Counted from the first letter of the stretch, positions 1-14,109 are shown. The stretch is DNA of 64,000 nucleotides from Eledone cirrhosa (GCA_964016885.1 OZ024743.1:35464001-35528000), one strand, 5' to 3'. Numbers and translations: made by a program. The notes: generated by a model from the sequence alone, not told the origin.

Positions 1-1424
1 TGTGCCTATATAAGAAACCATTTATATGTTTTATTTATGTACTTGCAGGAGGAGAAGGAGATTGCCCCGAGAGCATTGGTGACAACATGGCTATTCTTCC
101 TTTCGCTTCCATCATCTGGCTACGGGCTTGTTTATTCCAGCTGTTCAAGGATCACACAGATTTTCACCCAATATCTTTGACTCCCATTTGCATTTTTTTT
201 CCTAACTCCATATTGCCATGTCATCTCTGCATCTGCTTTCACACTTCCATTTTAGATGACAATTTATGCCTGCTAACCTTCAGCAGTCAATGTCATCATC
301 ACATTCATAAAGTTTCCTTAATTTTTCCGGTGTGTTTTCTCATTTTTTGCTTTAAAATTATCCATTTACACCACCACCACTACCACCATCACATGTCTAA
401 CAATCGTTTCACCTTCACTTCTGTCTGTTTGAGATAGTAACTAACATGCAAGGATCAGTGGTATGGACTACTTTTTAAAAACATTCTGCTATCATGAGGG
501 AGCTTCTATATGGCTGCTCTTCCTTCTAGAAATTCATTGGTTGCTTGTGGCTGGAATACCTTTAGCTGACAACAACAATAATATTTTGCTTCATGTCAAG
601 TATATTTATTGTTTATCACTAAATAATAACTGTCTCAATGAGTTCCATGGCATAGTATGGTTATTATCATATCAAACAAGGCCTGTTTCAGATACAACCT
701 GCATAAATTGGTCTAGAAAGGTTATATCTCTTCAACAGACTCATCACTCTTAAGGCCAGTCAAAATAGTTCTTCACTGACATGACCATGAGAAGTCATTT
801 AAATAGCAGAAAAAATGATGTCTGTTGGTTGATGCTCAAACTGTTGTTTGTTTGACCTTAACGATCACTGGAAATGGCACAAAAAGTATATAATAAATTG
901 AAAATAAAACAAATGATCTTGTGGAAGGGTTGAGTAATTCTACTTTATTTAACCCTTATATTATCATATTTCTATTGCAAGGCATTGCCTATAATTTTCA
1001 GATCATTTTGACAAAGGCTTACATAAAATTATAATGGAAGGTCTTTAGATAAATATAAACAACTTGATATAAAACCAGAGGTGGTTTCAGCTGGTTTGGT
1101 GTGAAATAGGTTGTGTCCTTGTCAGACATTTATCATCATCATCATCATCACACATATAGAAGCATATACCCACATACATACAGGGACACATATAGACAGA
1201 GGGAGCCTAGTAACTTAATGATATTAAAAAAATTCAGTACTACAAGCGCTATTCAATGTAGGATTTTAAAAAGATACAATTATTTGATGTCATTCTTACA
1301 TAGTTTTTCAGAAAATATTTCTAACCATTTTCAATTAACATCATCCAGTCCGAAACAAATGAGGTCGTGTAGGTGTCACGACAAAAAAACACGCAGTCCA
1401 CGCTGTAATGTGGCCGTGTAGGTA

Positions 1425-1615
1425 ACACGGTAAAAACCTCCCAGTCCACACTGTAAACGTGGTTGGTGTTAGGAAGGGCATCCAGCCGTGGAAAACCCGC
1501 CAGACAGTCCTATACGAGCAGGACAACAAATCTTGCCTCAAGTGGGAAAACTCCCGTCCAAACCCATGCAAGCGTGGAAGATGGACGTTAAACGATGATG
1601 ATGATGATGATGATC
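1425..1615 (+). mobile_element. SINE/RTE-related repeat 3' portion ending in (GAT)n tail
   Basis: GTGGTTGGTGTTAGGAAGGGCATCCAGCCG...ACCCATGCAAGCGTGGAAGATGGACGTTAAACGATGATGATG. Diverged pieces of the same family (TAGTGYTGGTG..ATGATAAAATGCACCCAG) recur at ~1760, ~2290-2470 and ~3340-3505. Confidence 0.6.
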
Positions 1616-2018
1616 ATAGTCATTGCTGTTAATATATGATAACTAACCCCAGTCAGTCATCATTGATTTAATATCTATTATATTTCAATAATAGATAATT
1701 GAGTGACTATGTCTAGCTCCTTGGGATCAGTTTTCATCACTTCTTTTATATATATTATATATAGTACTGGTGCTGTGATAAAATGCACCACATATAGAAA
1801 ATTTGGATGTAAAATGTATGTGTGTGTGAGTAGAATATATATATATATATATAATGATGATGATGAGATATATATATATATATATGAAAAATTCGGGACC
1901 CCGACGGCTGAGCTCCAGCTGTTTCAACATCTAGATCCAAACTCTTATTCAGATCTAGCTGTTAAAACAGCCAAATCTCAGCTGTTGGAATCCTGAATTT
2001 TTCATATTACCCACTCTA

Positions 2019-2178
2019 CAGTGAAATTCCATTACAACGAAATTCACGGGGCATAAAAAAAAATTTGTTGTAGCGAAAAATTCTTTATAACAAGATCAAC
2101 CCAACACATCGAGCGTGTGGCTGGGGATTGAAAAAATTTTGTTATACTATAAAATTCGTTATAATGGAATTTTACTTG
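2019..2178. mobile_element. Tc1/mariner (pogo/Tigger-like) MITE
   Basis: Imperfect TIRs CAGTGAAATTCCATTACAACGAA / TTCGTTATAATGGAATTTTACTTG, flanked by TA on both sides (2017-18, 2179-80). Confidence 0.75.
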
Positions 2179-2824
2179 TATATACATGGATGTATTCTTT
2201 TCACCCTCTCAATCACGTGTGCCTTAAATGAATAGAGACAACACAGAGTAGAGAGGACTAATTTTGCAGGGAACAAGTTAGCCATTTTAGTGTTGGTGTC
2301 ATGATGAAATGCACCCAGCATGCTATGTGAAACAGTTGGAAAATAAATGGAGACATTGTAGAAAAGGCTCTAGCCTTGTCATGGATATGATAACCTCTTT
2401 AGTGTTGGTGCTATGATAAAACCCACCCAGTACAGTCTATAAAGTGGTTGGTTTGAGGAAAGATATCCAGGTAAAGGAAGCATACCAAAATGGAATGTAC
2501 TAATGAGACATCCTTCACCCTGTCTAGGAAGGAAGTGACTATGAATAATAAATGACTAGGACTGTAATAGTACATCTGACCCAACCCAGAAGAGAGAATG
2601 GATGTAAAATGATGTTGGTGTGTGTGTTATACACAGATCCAAGTGACCAAGCTGAAACTTTTGAAGTAACTGCCACTTTTCTATTTAGAAAATACAATTC
2701 TATACTCCACCCATCAGTATTGAGTGCTCAATCAGTTAATGTCTACTGTTAGAAATACTATGGTATTTTAAACAGACATTCTAATGTATATGTGTATATA
2801 TAATATATATATTTATATAATATA

Positions 2825-2855
<31 letters not shown>

Positions 2856-3154
2856 GATATATATATTTATATAATATAATATATATATGTATATATGATA
2901 TATATATTTATATAATATAATATAATATATATATATATATCATCTGTTGTTTTGAAGTTTGTTTTTTCATTCTTGTATTATATATAGAATCCAACAAGGA
3001 TAAATAGGTGTAAAATGATGATGAAGATGTGTTAGTAAGTTTAGATACATAGTGTGATGGGCTCTCCTGTCAAGAATTACAAATAAGTATCCAGTTTGAT
3101 CAACTGAACAAACCTACTGATTTAATTAGTGTGTGGTCTTAATGAAATTCTCAT

Positions 3155-3258
3155 ACTTTCCATCTACCCTATTTCATTCACAAGGTTTGGGTTGATCTGA
3201 GGCTATGATAAACACACTTGCCCAAGATGCCACACAGTGGTATCAAACCCAGAACCTG
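3155..3258 (-). mobile_element. Decayed SINE fragment
   Basis: CACACTTGCCCAAGATGCCACACAGTGGTATCAAACCCAGAACC is the reverse complement of a tRNA B-box head followed by the CTTGGGCAAGTGT core. Confidence 0.55.
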
Positions 3259-3987
3259 ATGATTGTGATATATGTATGTCTACATGTATATATGGGTTGA
3301 GCGGGCCTGTCAGTGGCATCAACAGCACAACCTCTCTAATTTTGGTGATCTATATGATAGATGCACCCAGTACACTCAATAAAGTTGGTGACAGGAAGGA
3401 CATAGAAAGCTTGCAGAAAAAAATGAGGATGGGAGAACCCTTCAGTTGGTTCAAAGATATGGCAACCTCTCTAGTGCTAGTGCCACGATAAAATGCACCC
3501 AGTAAAACGAATAACTGTATATAAGTGAGATGTGAACCTGTGGTCTGTCTGGAAGGTCAGTAGCCCTGCTTCAGTATTAACTTGTCTGTGGAGACACGTC
3601 CGACTCTTGCTAGCAGGGAAAGTGGATGTTAATTGATGATATATATATATATATATATATATATCGATCTTCGCTGTATATAGAAACCCATATCAGTGAA
3701 ATTTGAAGTAAACAGCTATAGTTAATAATAAACATTATTTTGATTATACAAACTGTATTGAGTCCTTTATTCGGTGCATGTTTAGTATACCTAAGTACAT
3801 AAACCTATAAAACGTATGCATGTATGACGTATGTATGTATATATATATATATATACACACACACATACACTCATGCATAACACATATATCCAAACACAAC
3901 ACTCATACACAACACATATCCAAACAAACAACATTGATAGATTGATCAAACTATTTTGTTAATACTCCTCAGAATGTTGGGTTATAA

Positions 3988-4171
3988 CAGACCTGCCATC
4001 CTCTAAAAACCCAAACAGGGAGTACCATGAAAAAGGTGCCCCAAAACGGGGAAAAATGAGGAGATTTTACATAATGAAAGCTATAACCATTTTCACTAGA
4101 GAAGACATCTCTTACCCAACCCAAAGTGGGTGGGAGATCTCCCCATCGAACGGGGAGAATTGACAGGTCTG
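3988..4171. mobile_element. hAT-type MITE (184 bp) with 8-bp TSD
   Basis: TIRs CAGACCTGCCA / TGACAGGTCTG and a perfect 8-bp duplication GGTTATAA at 3980-3987 and 4172-4179. A second family member lies at 18715-18908. Confidence 0.85.
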
Positions 4172-4239
4172 GGTTATAATGATAATGAAGCAAAAACGAA
4201 ATTTGATTAAAATCATTTGAAATAGTGACTGAACAAAAA

Positions 4240-4490
4240 TCTAACAATTCTTTTGATATTACTATGGGTGCGTAAGAATCTGTAGAAACTAATGCTTATA
4301 TCTTGGGCGGTCTTTATCAAGATGACGCCTTTTAGTGTCAATCTGTGCGACATGAATTAAAAAATCTTCTACAACTCTTTAAGAACATGGGTTTCTGTAT
4401 AACCGCGAAGGCCACACATAACAAAAACAAACTATCTGGATGTTATCCTTTACCTATCTAATTCTTTTTACTTCTGCCACAAACTAAAGC
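4240..4490 (+). pseudogene. Decayed Penelope-like reverse transcriptase relic
   Basis: Manual translation across stops and shifts gives FDITMGA..., GLYQDDA, LFKNMGFCIT and NYLDVIL, matching the PLE RT motifs FDVTMGS / GLYRDDG / NFLDVT. Confidence 0.55.
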
Positions 4491-5910
4491 AATCTCTATT
4501 CTGGCTCTCTACGTTCTGAGTTTTAATCCCACCGAGGTCAACTTTACCTTTCATTATGTGTGTATAGAAATAGTCTCGCAACTATACTAGATGGCCAAAC
4601 AAATGGGAAAGAGGAAAGAAATTATGTGTGTCAAAAAGGAAAAAAGTGAAATGGCTTGAGAGGAGCGGTCTGCATAAAATGTATGTATACAAATAGAACG
4701 GCACTGTCTGAATATGGCGAGTGGGGAAAAACCCGCAGTCAACCGAGTATTTCCTCGCAAGACCGAAACTCTCTTTGGGTTGTTCAGGTGGTTAGAAGGA
4801 AACAGAAAAGAGAACTCCAATAATCTTGGCTGACCCAAGTATTTTTGAAAAATTTAAGCCAATGCATTGGAAGTAGACCTTGTCTATAAACCAACTTGGT
4901 GAAAACAAGACATGTTTCGGTGTTATTAGATCTCCTCAGCAAAGCATAATTATTTATTTAAGACTACATGAGTTCTCTCCCTTGCCTTCTCATCACATGA
5001 ACACCCTAATGGGAGTTTTAGTCAAGAAATTGCAAAGTTGATTGAAGTTTATCTGCAGTGTAGTTAAAATATTATCTAAGAATGTTATACTTTATATTTG
5101 GCTTCATCTCAAAAGTACGTTGTTGAAGAGGAGTATCAAAGATAGTAAGTGATATGTGATTATGGATGTTTGTGTATTTAAATAGGTCTTATGTCATGGC
5201 CCTTCGTTATATATATAGGTTAATGTGTGAATGTATGAGCTGTGAAATCTTGCATGCATTAATTTCAACTCTTCTTATAAATAACTGCATTGTTTCTTTT
5301 CAGGGGCTATGTGGAAAAAATAAACCTCATTTGGTCATTCCATGAGAGTATCTTGGTCAGCCTATGAACTATTCAGCCGACCCTCGTATGTATTCGTTTA
5401 AAAGTGGTAGCGATATTCGGGTCATCACTTCAATTTGCAGCGTTTTGCAGCCAATTCGCTAATTTTTTCTATGAATTAGGAACGTAGTACTCGCTACATG
5501 TTCAAAGTCTATACTTTATTTAAATTGAATTCCTTTTTCGCCACTGAAGTTTCATCTTTTAGCAATCACCACGCAAGAATACATCTGATGACTGGTATGA
5601 TTTGAAACTGAAGTTGCATGGAAGGAATAGAGTTTACTCCCTTCCACATGCAAACACGCACAGACAGATTGACACACATGTTGTCAAGCCTAGTTGGGCT
5701 TTCATTAGAAGGCATGTGTATTATCTTAACAACCTCAAGGAAATGTGTAATCAAGGAGGCTTATATACCCTGTCACTTATCGTAGAATCGTGAAATGGAC
5801 GTGTTAACTCACATATTATTAGCGCTCATGTTAGCAGTCAATTAAAATATATATTATGATGTGCTCTAAGCAGACAAAGTATACGAAGAAGTTATATCTG
5901 TGTGTGTGTA

Positions 5911-5952
<42 letters not shown>

Positions 5953-6054
5953 AGAATAGAAAACGAAAAATCAGTGATGCATCTGAACTCAGCATAGAGT
6001 GCTCAACCGGCATACCGCCTATGGAAGCATCTTAGCTACCATCAAAAACATATA

Positions 6055-6807
6055 TCTGTATATATATAAAGACGAAGTTTTCTGTATGTGTGGACAATTT
6101 TTAATGAGGGCTCATATATTCTAAACCATTCATGCGATTTCTTTCAAATTTTTTACAGAGCTTCTCCTTGCACAAAACCTGTACATGATCTACAAAGGCT
6201 TTTAAAAATCGATATTGGGGCCTTTGGAGACATTAAAAAAGTTTCGGTTATTTGTGTGAATTTTCGTGATTAAGTAAGACGAGAGTTATCTTTAAGTAAG
6301 ACAAGAGTTATCTTTCGTAATTTGGCTCATTCGGATTTTAATTTACTCTTTGTACTTGAAACAAAAGCTCCGCTTCCTTGAGACTAACAATATCATTTTA
6401 TATATTTCACAACCAGCAATTTCTAACAGATTACTAAGTTAAGTTATAGATTTGACATTGTATAATTTATCGTTTCAAGCTTGATGTTCATACATTAAGT
6501 GATGTCATAACTTTTACAATATTATGCTTTGTACATAATAGTGTCTATTATTCACTTCACTTCTCTATTTCATGATGCGCTTTTACTGTTGTCAAAAAAA
6601 TGTATACCTAGACTGGATTTCTGTTGTTACATGATATAACGGATGACACCGAGCTCACATATTAATTATTTCACTGGAATAGTGCCTAAGGTTTTCATGT
6701 TTACATAAAGTACGTTTTTCTTCTATGTATTCAAATTTACTTTGTTTAGTTTAATGAGCTACATCGAAAGCTACTTGAACCGTCCAAAGGACGGGTAGTT
6801 TAGCTAG
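6055..6807 (+). mobile_element. Non-autonomous Helitron
   Basis: 5' A|TCTGTATATATATAAA, subterminal hairpin CCGTCC-AAA-GGACGG (6780-6794) and 3' CTAG|T. Confidence 0.75.
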
Positions 6808-6970
6808 TATTATATATATAAATTGTGGTTTGATGCATTACTGATTCCTCGTTCTTTATAATAGTATACTCTGCTCTGCGCGAGCATCGGGTGCTCAACC
6901 GGCATACCGCCTACGGACGCATTTACCTGCAACCCTACAACTATATATATATATGTATACACATACACAC

Positions 6971-7001
<31 letters not shown>

Positions 7002-7002
7002 C

Positions 7003-7035
<33 letters not shown>

Positions 7036-7949
7036 TATATATATATGTATATATTCCTGGCTAAGTGGATGTGGAAGGAATCACTGGCTTGGTGGATAAG
7101 GGTCGGAGTTAGTGTTCAATAAAAGGATATATGGAGTGTCTGCTGTTCGAAGACAACAAATCAGGGTAGTGCTCGATGCTTAATAAAGTACATTTCACCA
7201 TGCATCGAGTATTACCTTGATTTATGGTTTTTCCTGTCTTCGCACCACAAACACACCACATATACACACACATATATAAAATGTGGAGTATCTTGGTCCA
7301 AATATACATGAATTAATAAATGAGAGAAACTGTCAGTTCGCCAAACTGCATTATGAATCCTTATTGCAACAATTTAGCATTTAAAGGCCTTTTGTAACTA
7401 ACACCTTCCAAAAACGAGGATATACCAAAGTAATTTTCCTCTAGATTTAAAGGGCATCTACTTGTACTTGAGATTAGTATCACAGACCACCCACCCAGAA
7501 AAGTTTACTATCAGGGTTAAAGATGTTATACCAACTCGCTGATACACCCTGTAACGATGCTCATAAAAAATTTGATCTCAGGATGTACAGCAAAGATGAC
7601 ACGAAAGGAAAAAAAACACACACACACAAAAAACAACAACAAAAAAACTAAACCGAACACGAAAGGCTTTGATCCAGAATGTTTTTTTCTAATGGCTCGT
7701 ACAAACTAAGGCAGAACACACACGCACACTCATATTCACTACACATATATATGTGCACATAATATATATCAGAACATCTATCTATATATATATGCTATAC
7801 ATGTATATATAATCTCTCTGTCTCTCTCTTTTTCTGTATATCTATCTATTTACAATTTAATAGTACCTATTATCTTTTGCTACACGTGATTCATACTGGA
7901 GTAATGAAGTAATTTCTAAGCTAAAAGAAAGGTTTTGGCTGAGCAGACG

Positions 7950-8345
7950 TGTATCTGTAATTTCTTTACAATAGTGTTAAGACATTTTATTTATAGTTTG
8001 GTTTCATCTCTAAGCTGATTGGCATTATGTGATCTCTCCGCTGTACACATTCGACATTTCCTTGATCCGTTGGAATAGGGTCTACACCAATTCAAGATTT
8101 TCCATTTGGTCTCATAAGCCGTGATGACTTTATTCAATTTCTATATATATGGTTGATAAATTTTGTAGAATTTTTCTCGTTTGCATATCTGAAAGACGTT
8201 CCATTGTTGAAAATGCTTTTTATGAATTTTCTCCATAACTATGTCGTATGTTTGAGGTAATTTTTATTTCGTATATAGCGCATTCCACATTGCATAGCTG
8301 GTTTAATGGACAATTTCTCTAGTGACAATAAACACTCATGCTAGC
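7950..8345 (-). pseudogene. Decayed PLE GIY-YIG endonuclease/C-terminus relic
   Basis: The minus strand reads NCPLNQLCNVECAIYEIKIT ... and YETKWKILNWCRPYSNGSRKCRMCTAE, the typical PLE C-terminal W.IL....PY.....C.LC..E motif. Confidence 0.6.
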
Positions 8346-8971
8346 TTTTATTGAGAGAGAGTGTAAGCATAATAGGCCATCGGGTTTAATACTACCACTT
8401 GTTCGTTGTGTGCATTTAGTGTAATTCTCTCTTCTGTAAGCATTTGAGTGAAGCCTTCAATCTGAAGAAAATATTTTGATGTGCTGTTTTCTCCAATTCC
8501 TGTCTTTGCCTAATGCTGCTGTTTCTTAGAGGGTGCAGCAAGAAAATATTTACTTGTGGAGTCTCGCTATAACCCATCCTCTCTGTCCCTTGCTCCAACC
8601 TCCTCCTACCACCACCACCACCACCACCAACAATAACAACAACACCGCCGCTGCCGCTGCCCCCCCCCCCAACCGTTTCCCCCCACACAACTACCCCCAC
8701 CACCGCTGCCACCACCACCACACAATCACCACTACCACCGTCGCTGCCGCCGCCACCACCACCACCACCACTCCCTACGTTGTCAATGTAATGAGAACGA
8801 CAACACCGTTAATTATCGTCGTCAAATGACGACGATGATGGAGACATTCGACAGTCAGCTAGTTTATGCCGTCAAGTACAACAACAACAATATCGGAGCC
8901 ACGACAACAACAATAACAACAACAACAATAACAACAACAACATAATCACCAACAACTCTGACACCGCAAAC

Positions 8972-9150
8972 AATAATTGTTTCTATTTTTGGCACAAGGC
9001 CAGATATTTAAAGGGAAGGGGAAAGTCGATTGAATCGACCTCAGTACATTACTGCTATTTTATTCTATCCTGTAAGGATGAAAGACAAAGCTAATCTCGG
9101 CAGGATTTGAACTCAGAACGTAAAGGACCGTAACTATATGCTGCAATGCA
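8972..9150 (-). mobile_element. tRNA-derived SINE (major family in this window)
   Basis: Reverse complement of TTCTGAGTTCAAATCC..CGAG..TTTGYCTTTCATCCTTAC..TCGATTCAATCGAC..GGCCTTGTGCC..AGAAACAATT. A 3' tail of this family is at 1-21 and a fragment at 4505-4555. Confidence 0.8.
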
Positions 9151-9282
9151 TGATGTTGTTGTTGTTGTTGTCGTCGTCGTCGTCGTCGCCGTCGCCGCCG
9201 TCGTCGTTTTTCTTCTTCTTCTTCTTCTTCTTCTTCTTCTTCTTCTTCTTCTTCTTCTTCTTCGTATTATTATTATTATTCC

Positions 9283-9445
9283 TGTGAAATCGCAGTATCG
9301 GTAGAGGGTCGGACGCCATGCTGAGTTCAAATCCCGCCGAGGTTAACTTTGCCTTTCATCCTTACGGGGTCGATAAAATAAAGTACCAGTAATGAACTGG
9401 GTAATTGCTGGCCTTGTGGCAATAGTAGAAACAATTATTATTATT
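9283..9445 (+). mobile_element. Same SINE family, internally deleted
   Basis: GCAGTATCGGTAGAGGGTCGGACGCCATG-CTGAGTTCAAATCCCGCCGAGGTTAACTTTGCCTTTCATCC...GGCCTTGTGGCAATAGTAGAAACAATTATT. Confidence 0.8.
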
Positions 9446-9947
9446 TCTGTGAGGGTCACAGGGGCAGAGTCCTCAAGCACGCCTTGCAGTGGGTTCTCTT
9501 AGAAGCTACCAACTCCAATTGATCCAGCTGGATCCCCAAGCGAGACCAGCCGAGCTGATGGTTGTTATCCAACCATCTTGCTCGGGGTCTACCCATGGGT
9601 CTCCTGCTGGTTGGCTTTACCTTTAAAATCTGTCCAAGTGCGTAGTATCAGAGTTGTGATCTCTCGATTCGGAGAAATAGCGGCTCTACCTGGAGCGATT
9701 TCCCGCTTTTCAAGCTACGCGCCTTATCGAGTAACGTTACTCCAAAGACCCTTCGGAGGAACCCCATTTCGGCATCTTGTATTCGCGATCGTATTCTTTC
9801 GATCATTGCCCAAGATCCATGACCATAGGTAAGGTTTGGCACGAATACCGAATTGAAGATAGCAAGTTTGGCTTTTACCCCTTCCGTTTTCCAGATGACC
9901 GAGTGCTGAAGCAGGCGCTGACCCACCAAGTAACAATGCTTTAACAA
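9446..9947 (-). pseudogene. RTE-clade LINE 3' fragment
   Basis: ORF 9648..9947(-): AKLAIFNSVFVPNLTYGHGSW...IQDAEMGFLRRVFGVTLLDKARS...VEPLFLRIERSQL, a typical RTE C-terminus. Confidence 0.8.
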
Positions 9948-10009
9948 TATTTTGAGATCCTATTTTAATTATTTTCGCGGTACATTGTTAATGTTTTTAC
10001 AGAAGCGAT

Positions 10010-11500
10010 TGTGCATCGTTCAAGTTGTGCCAATTTCAAATGGGATAACACACATTCCTTAACTGCCACAATTCAATAGCTAGGTCAGTGTAATTTCCCA
10101 GACTTTTCAGCTTACTTCTGCATAACACTATAGCCACTTGGTATTGCTATGTCGATAATTAATACAATATTGTAATTTTTGTCATTAAAAATGGTGTCAG
10201 GCTTATTATGAGTTTTCTGCTGGTCTATTTATATGCTAAAGTTCCATATTATTTTCCCATTGTCAGTAGCTAAAACAGGTCGGGGGTTCATGTGAGTATC
10301 ACAAGGATTTTTCTTGAATCAAGTAACTAGGCGATTGTAAAGCAGTTTTGTTACATTATTGTGTCTCCAGTTATATTTTATGAGAGATAGTGTAGGTCAG
10401 CCTGAGAGAATGTTTGGTATTGTTGTAGAAAAACACAACACAAGCGTCATTTGTTATCGATATTGTCGGAATGGAAACATTCCTTTCTATAAATCTAGTG
10501 CAACTCTGTGCGCCTTGGGTATGTACACTCTTGTTTCAGTTTCGTTGTTTCTATTGAATTCAAAGTAGTCCTAGTAATATGTGTGGTGCATAATAGTATA
10601 TATTTTCTATATGTTTTACATTTTGGCAGGTGGGGTTTAAGTATTTGTTTCTTTATTAAGATTATTCCCAACGCACCTATTATTATAGTTTCTATTTTCA
10701 GTCCCCAGATCCAGGTTATCTTTATTTCCAGATCAATATATATACAATTATCATCAGTTGGGGCTGATAGTTTGATTAGGCGGCACTTTCTTATCTGGTA
10801 GTTCTTGTCAACAATATGTGGAAGATTAGCCTTCATTTCTGTCAGTGACTGTTGACCTATCCTTGAGCATGGTCATTTTGTTACTCACCGAGCCCTTTTC
10901 TGTTGTATGTCTGTACTATGCCATTTCTCTTGTAATTCCACAAACCTGACATAATTCCAGTGTATATAAGTTGATGGTTAACAAGTGTTGTGAAACAATG
11001 CTTGATCTAAGAAAAGAAAAGGAGCTGATTCTCAACCCCCACCAAGGAAACTAATACAACCTGTCGGCCGCACCCCTGACAGGAGGAATAAGGTCATTTT
11101 GTCATTCCCCGAGCCCTTTTCTGTTGTATCTTTATACCCCCTCTTCTCTCTTGGTTTTCTACAAACCTGGCATAAATTCAGCGTATGTAAGCTCCAACTC
11201 TATGACGTATTGCAAGAAACGATATGATTAATTGTTTATTCCTGATATTCATATATTTTACTGATACGTATTGTATTTTACTTTATTACATGTCTTTAGT
11301 GATTTCTGTGGGAAGGTTTTCATCCTCTGCCACAATCAAGAATTCTTCCGTCTCGGCTTTCAGATTTTGGTTTTGTTCATGTTTTGTAGTTATTTGTACT
11401 AGTTTTTCATTGTTCATTACCTTCGGGTGGTTTTCTGCTAGCAAGTGTAATGTGCATATTGATATTATACGCAAGTATATATGCATATAGATATGATACA
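10010..11500 (-). pseudogene. Several decayed R4/Dong-type (RLE-endonuclease) LINE fragments
   Basis: Minus-strand HNKPDTIFNDKNYNIVLIIDIAIP (~10140-10210) and KCRLIKLSAPTDDN...WGLKIETIIIGALGII (ORF 10495..10836), matching the restriction-like endonuclease PD..D..P / IGALG motifs. Confidence 0.6.
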
Positions 11501-12967
11501 TCAAATAAAATCGTAATTGACAATATACACAGAAATTGAACGAAGAGTGCGTTACACTGTCTTATGTAATCAGTAACGTAATCCATGATACATTAAAAAA
11601 AGATGATATTATATATAAACTGCATTAGGAGAAAATTAGTGACGGAAATATATGAATGTTTATTTAAGCGATCGTTAACCGGAAGTTATTTTAAAGAATA
11701 CCGAAATTTAGTAGATAATTTATGTAATATTCATTCATTATTTATTCAAAGTAATCCAGCTTATATTACAAACGGGATAAAAAATATATTCTGGACGCAG
11801 TCCCGCACTCCTTTCTTTATTATAGTTTAGATTTTTGTAGTATTACAGAGGATATTTAGAATATTTTTTATTAATATCTCTACCTGTTTGTATTATTCGT
11901 AAATATGATCTTTTTATATCAGATTTTAGGTGGTCTATTCTAAATGCAAATTAACTTTTTGCTTTTCAATCTAGTCTAAATAATTCAGTTACTCTCCAAT
12001 TGAGAATATAACTGTAAGTCATTACTTGGACAGCTAGCGTACTGATGCATATTATCTTATTAATCTAATACGTCTATAACATTTCTTCATAATCTTTTCT
12101 TTCATTTGTGTATATTTTATATTGTCTAATTCATCGACTGTTATATGTCTGTATATTGTTATATTGTCTAATTCATCGAATGTTGTGTATTTGTACGTCT
12201 GTATATTATAATCCACTTATCTCTGTTTCTTTATCTAACATAATGTTAATGTTTTTAAAAATTAAATTTTCTCTTCAAAGTTGCCTTGGCAAAGTTTTCT
12301 AATTCAAATCTCACAATTTCTCTGGTAAATGCATGTACTGTTTGCGGAAGTGTTTCTAGTTATATATCATCTACAGCGTTCAACTTCAGGTCGTCCATAT
12401 ACAGAAAAATGTTTGATTGTCCTACCATAGCATTTTTATCTGAGTCTAATTCTATTTAACATGCGATGTACAGGTGTTAGCGCTAGTCGGAAATATTACT
12501 ATATTGCTCTTCTTATGGAAATGAGTGATGTGTATGTGTATTTGTGATGTGTATGTGTGTGTATATGTGTGTGTGTTTGTATGTGTGTGTATGCGCATAT
12601 GTGTATGTGTATACGTGTAAGTGCCATGTGTATAAGCGCATTTGTGTATGTGATTGTATGTGTGTGTTTAAAATGCGGTGGGATGAAGCGAGTACATGTT
12701 GCGATTTTGGCAAGAGTGGTTATGCGGGTGGCAACGGTAGGGTGTTAGCAAGTTCTTTTAAACGTTCTCCTATTAGAAGCTTGTCCTTTGTTTCTGTCTG
12801 GCTGTATACATGTCTGTCTGTTTGTCTCGCCTTGTCTGGTGAATGAAACGAGATCCTTAGTTTCACAGCGTTGCCTAATTACAGTGAAGGTTCGAGAGAA
12901 AATGTACACCAGGACCTTGATTGCAAGATAAACAGTTCGAATGGCGTTGGCGCCATCATGGAAAACT

Positions 12968-13171
12968 GCAGCAACAACAACAGCAGCAACAACAATATTA
13001 TCAGTAACAGCAACAACAACGACAACAGTAAGAAGAAGAAGAAGAAGAAGAACAACAACAACAACAACAACAACACCAACAGCAGCAGCAACAACAACGA
13101 CAACGACAACGACAACGACGACGACGACGACGACGACAACAACAACAATATGAGCAATAGCAACAACCACC

Positions 13172-13220
<49 letters not shown>

Positions 13221-13462
13221 CGACGATGACGACGACAACAACAACAACAACAACAACAGCAGCAGCAACAGCAACAACAACAACAACAATAATATGAGCA
13301 ATAGCAACAACAACCACAACAACAGCAGCAGCAGCAGCAACAACAACAACAGAAGCAACAGCAGCAAAGTAACTAGCGACCAATAATGATGATGATGAGG
13401 ATGATGATTCTTGACATTCTTCAGTGATTTCCCTACCACCCCCTCCACTATCACCATCACCT

Positions 13463-13501
<39 letters not shown>

Positions 13502-13700
13502 ACACCACCACCACCACCACTACCACCATATTCACCACTACGACACTATACCCACCCCACTCCACCACCATCATCATATGCACCACTACAACGACCCCCC
13601 CCATATGCACCACTACAACGACCCCCCCATATTCACCACTTCGACCCCCCCCCACACCACCGCACGACACCACAACCACCACCACCACCACCACCACCCC
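12968..13700. repeat. Compound (AAC)/(AAG)/(GAC)/(ACT)/(ACC) trinucleotide microsatellite
   Basis: Seen directly. It explains the poly-N/V/L/T ORFs. Confidence 0.95.
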
Positions 13701-14040
13701 CTCTACCACCTCTCCATCTTCTATAAAGCTGTATGTAACAGCACCCTTCGGTGCCATATTAATGTAGAAGCAAAATAATTATCGGTAATAAGATCTGAGC
13801 CCAAGAATTTGTACTTAAAATTCCGCCCTAAGTAGATTCATCGTTTCTTTTTGTCTTTTATTTCGTTTTTACATTAGTTCGTTTCTTCTTTCTTTCATAG
13901 CTGGCAAAAAAACAAACAAATAAACAAACAAACAAAAAACAAAAAAAACAAACAAACAAAAAAAAACAACCAAAAGAAAACAAAAACAAACGTACCATAT
14001 AATCATATTCTGAAATGATTAAAATCTTTTATTCCTAACA

Positions 14041-14107
<67 letters not shown>

Positions 14108-14109
14108 GA

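Noticed and set aside
49-180. Possible host exon after a TTGCAG acceptor
   Set aside because: No recognisable protein in any frame and no partner exons identified.
5304-5385. Exon-like segment with good acceptor (TTTCTTTCAG) and donor (GTATGT)
   Set aside because: Stop codons in all three frames. It could be a non-coding exon but cannot be supported without RNA data.
6862-6935. Twister ribozyme (TAA-ATGCG...CGCA-GAG on the minus strand)
   Set aside because: It lacks the conserved L4 loop (U-NNNAA-GC) and pseudoknot partners. It is kept only as an unexplained motif.
7090-7330. Possible PLE GIY-YIG relic (MCVYMWCVCGAKTGKT) on the minus strand
   Set aside because: Too degenerate to call with confidence.
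12871-13386. Asn-rich ORF as a host gene exon
   Set aside because: Only ~30 non-repetitive codons, no domain, and the rest is trinucleotide microsatellite.
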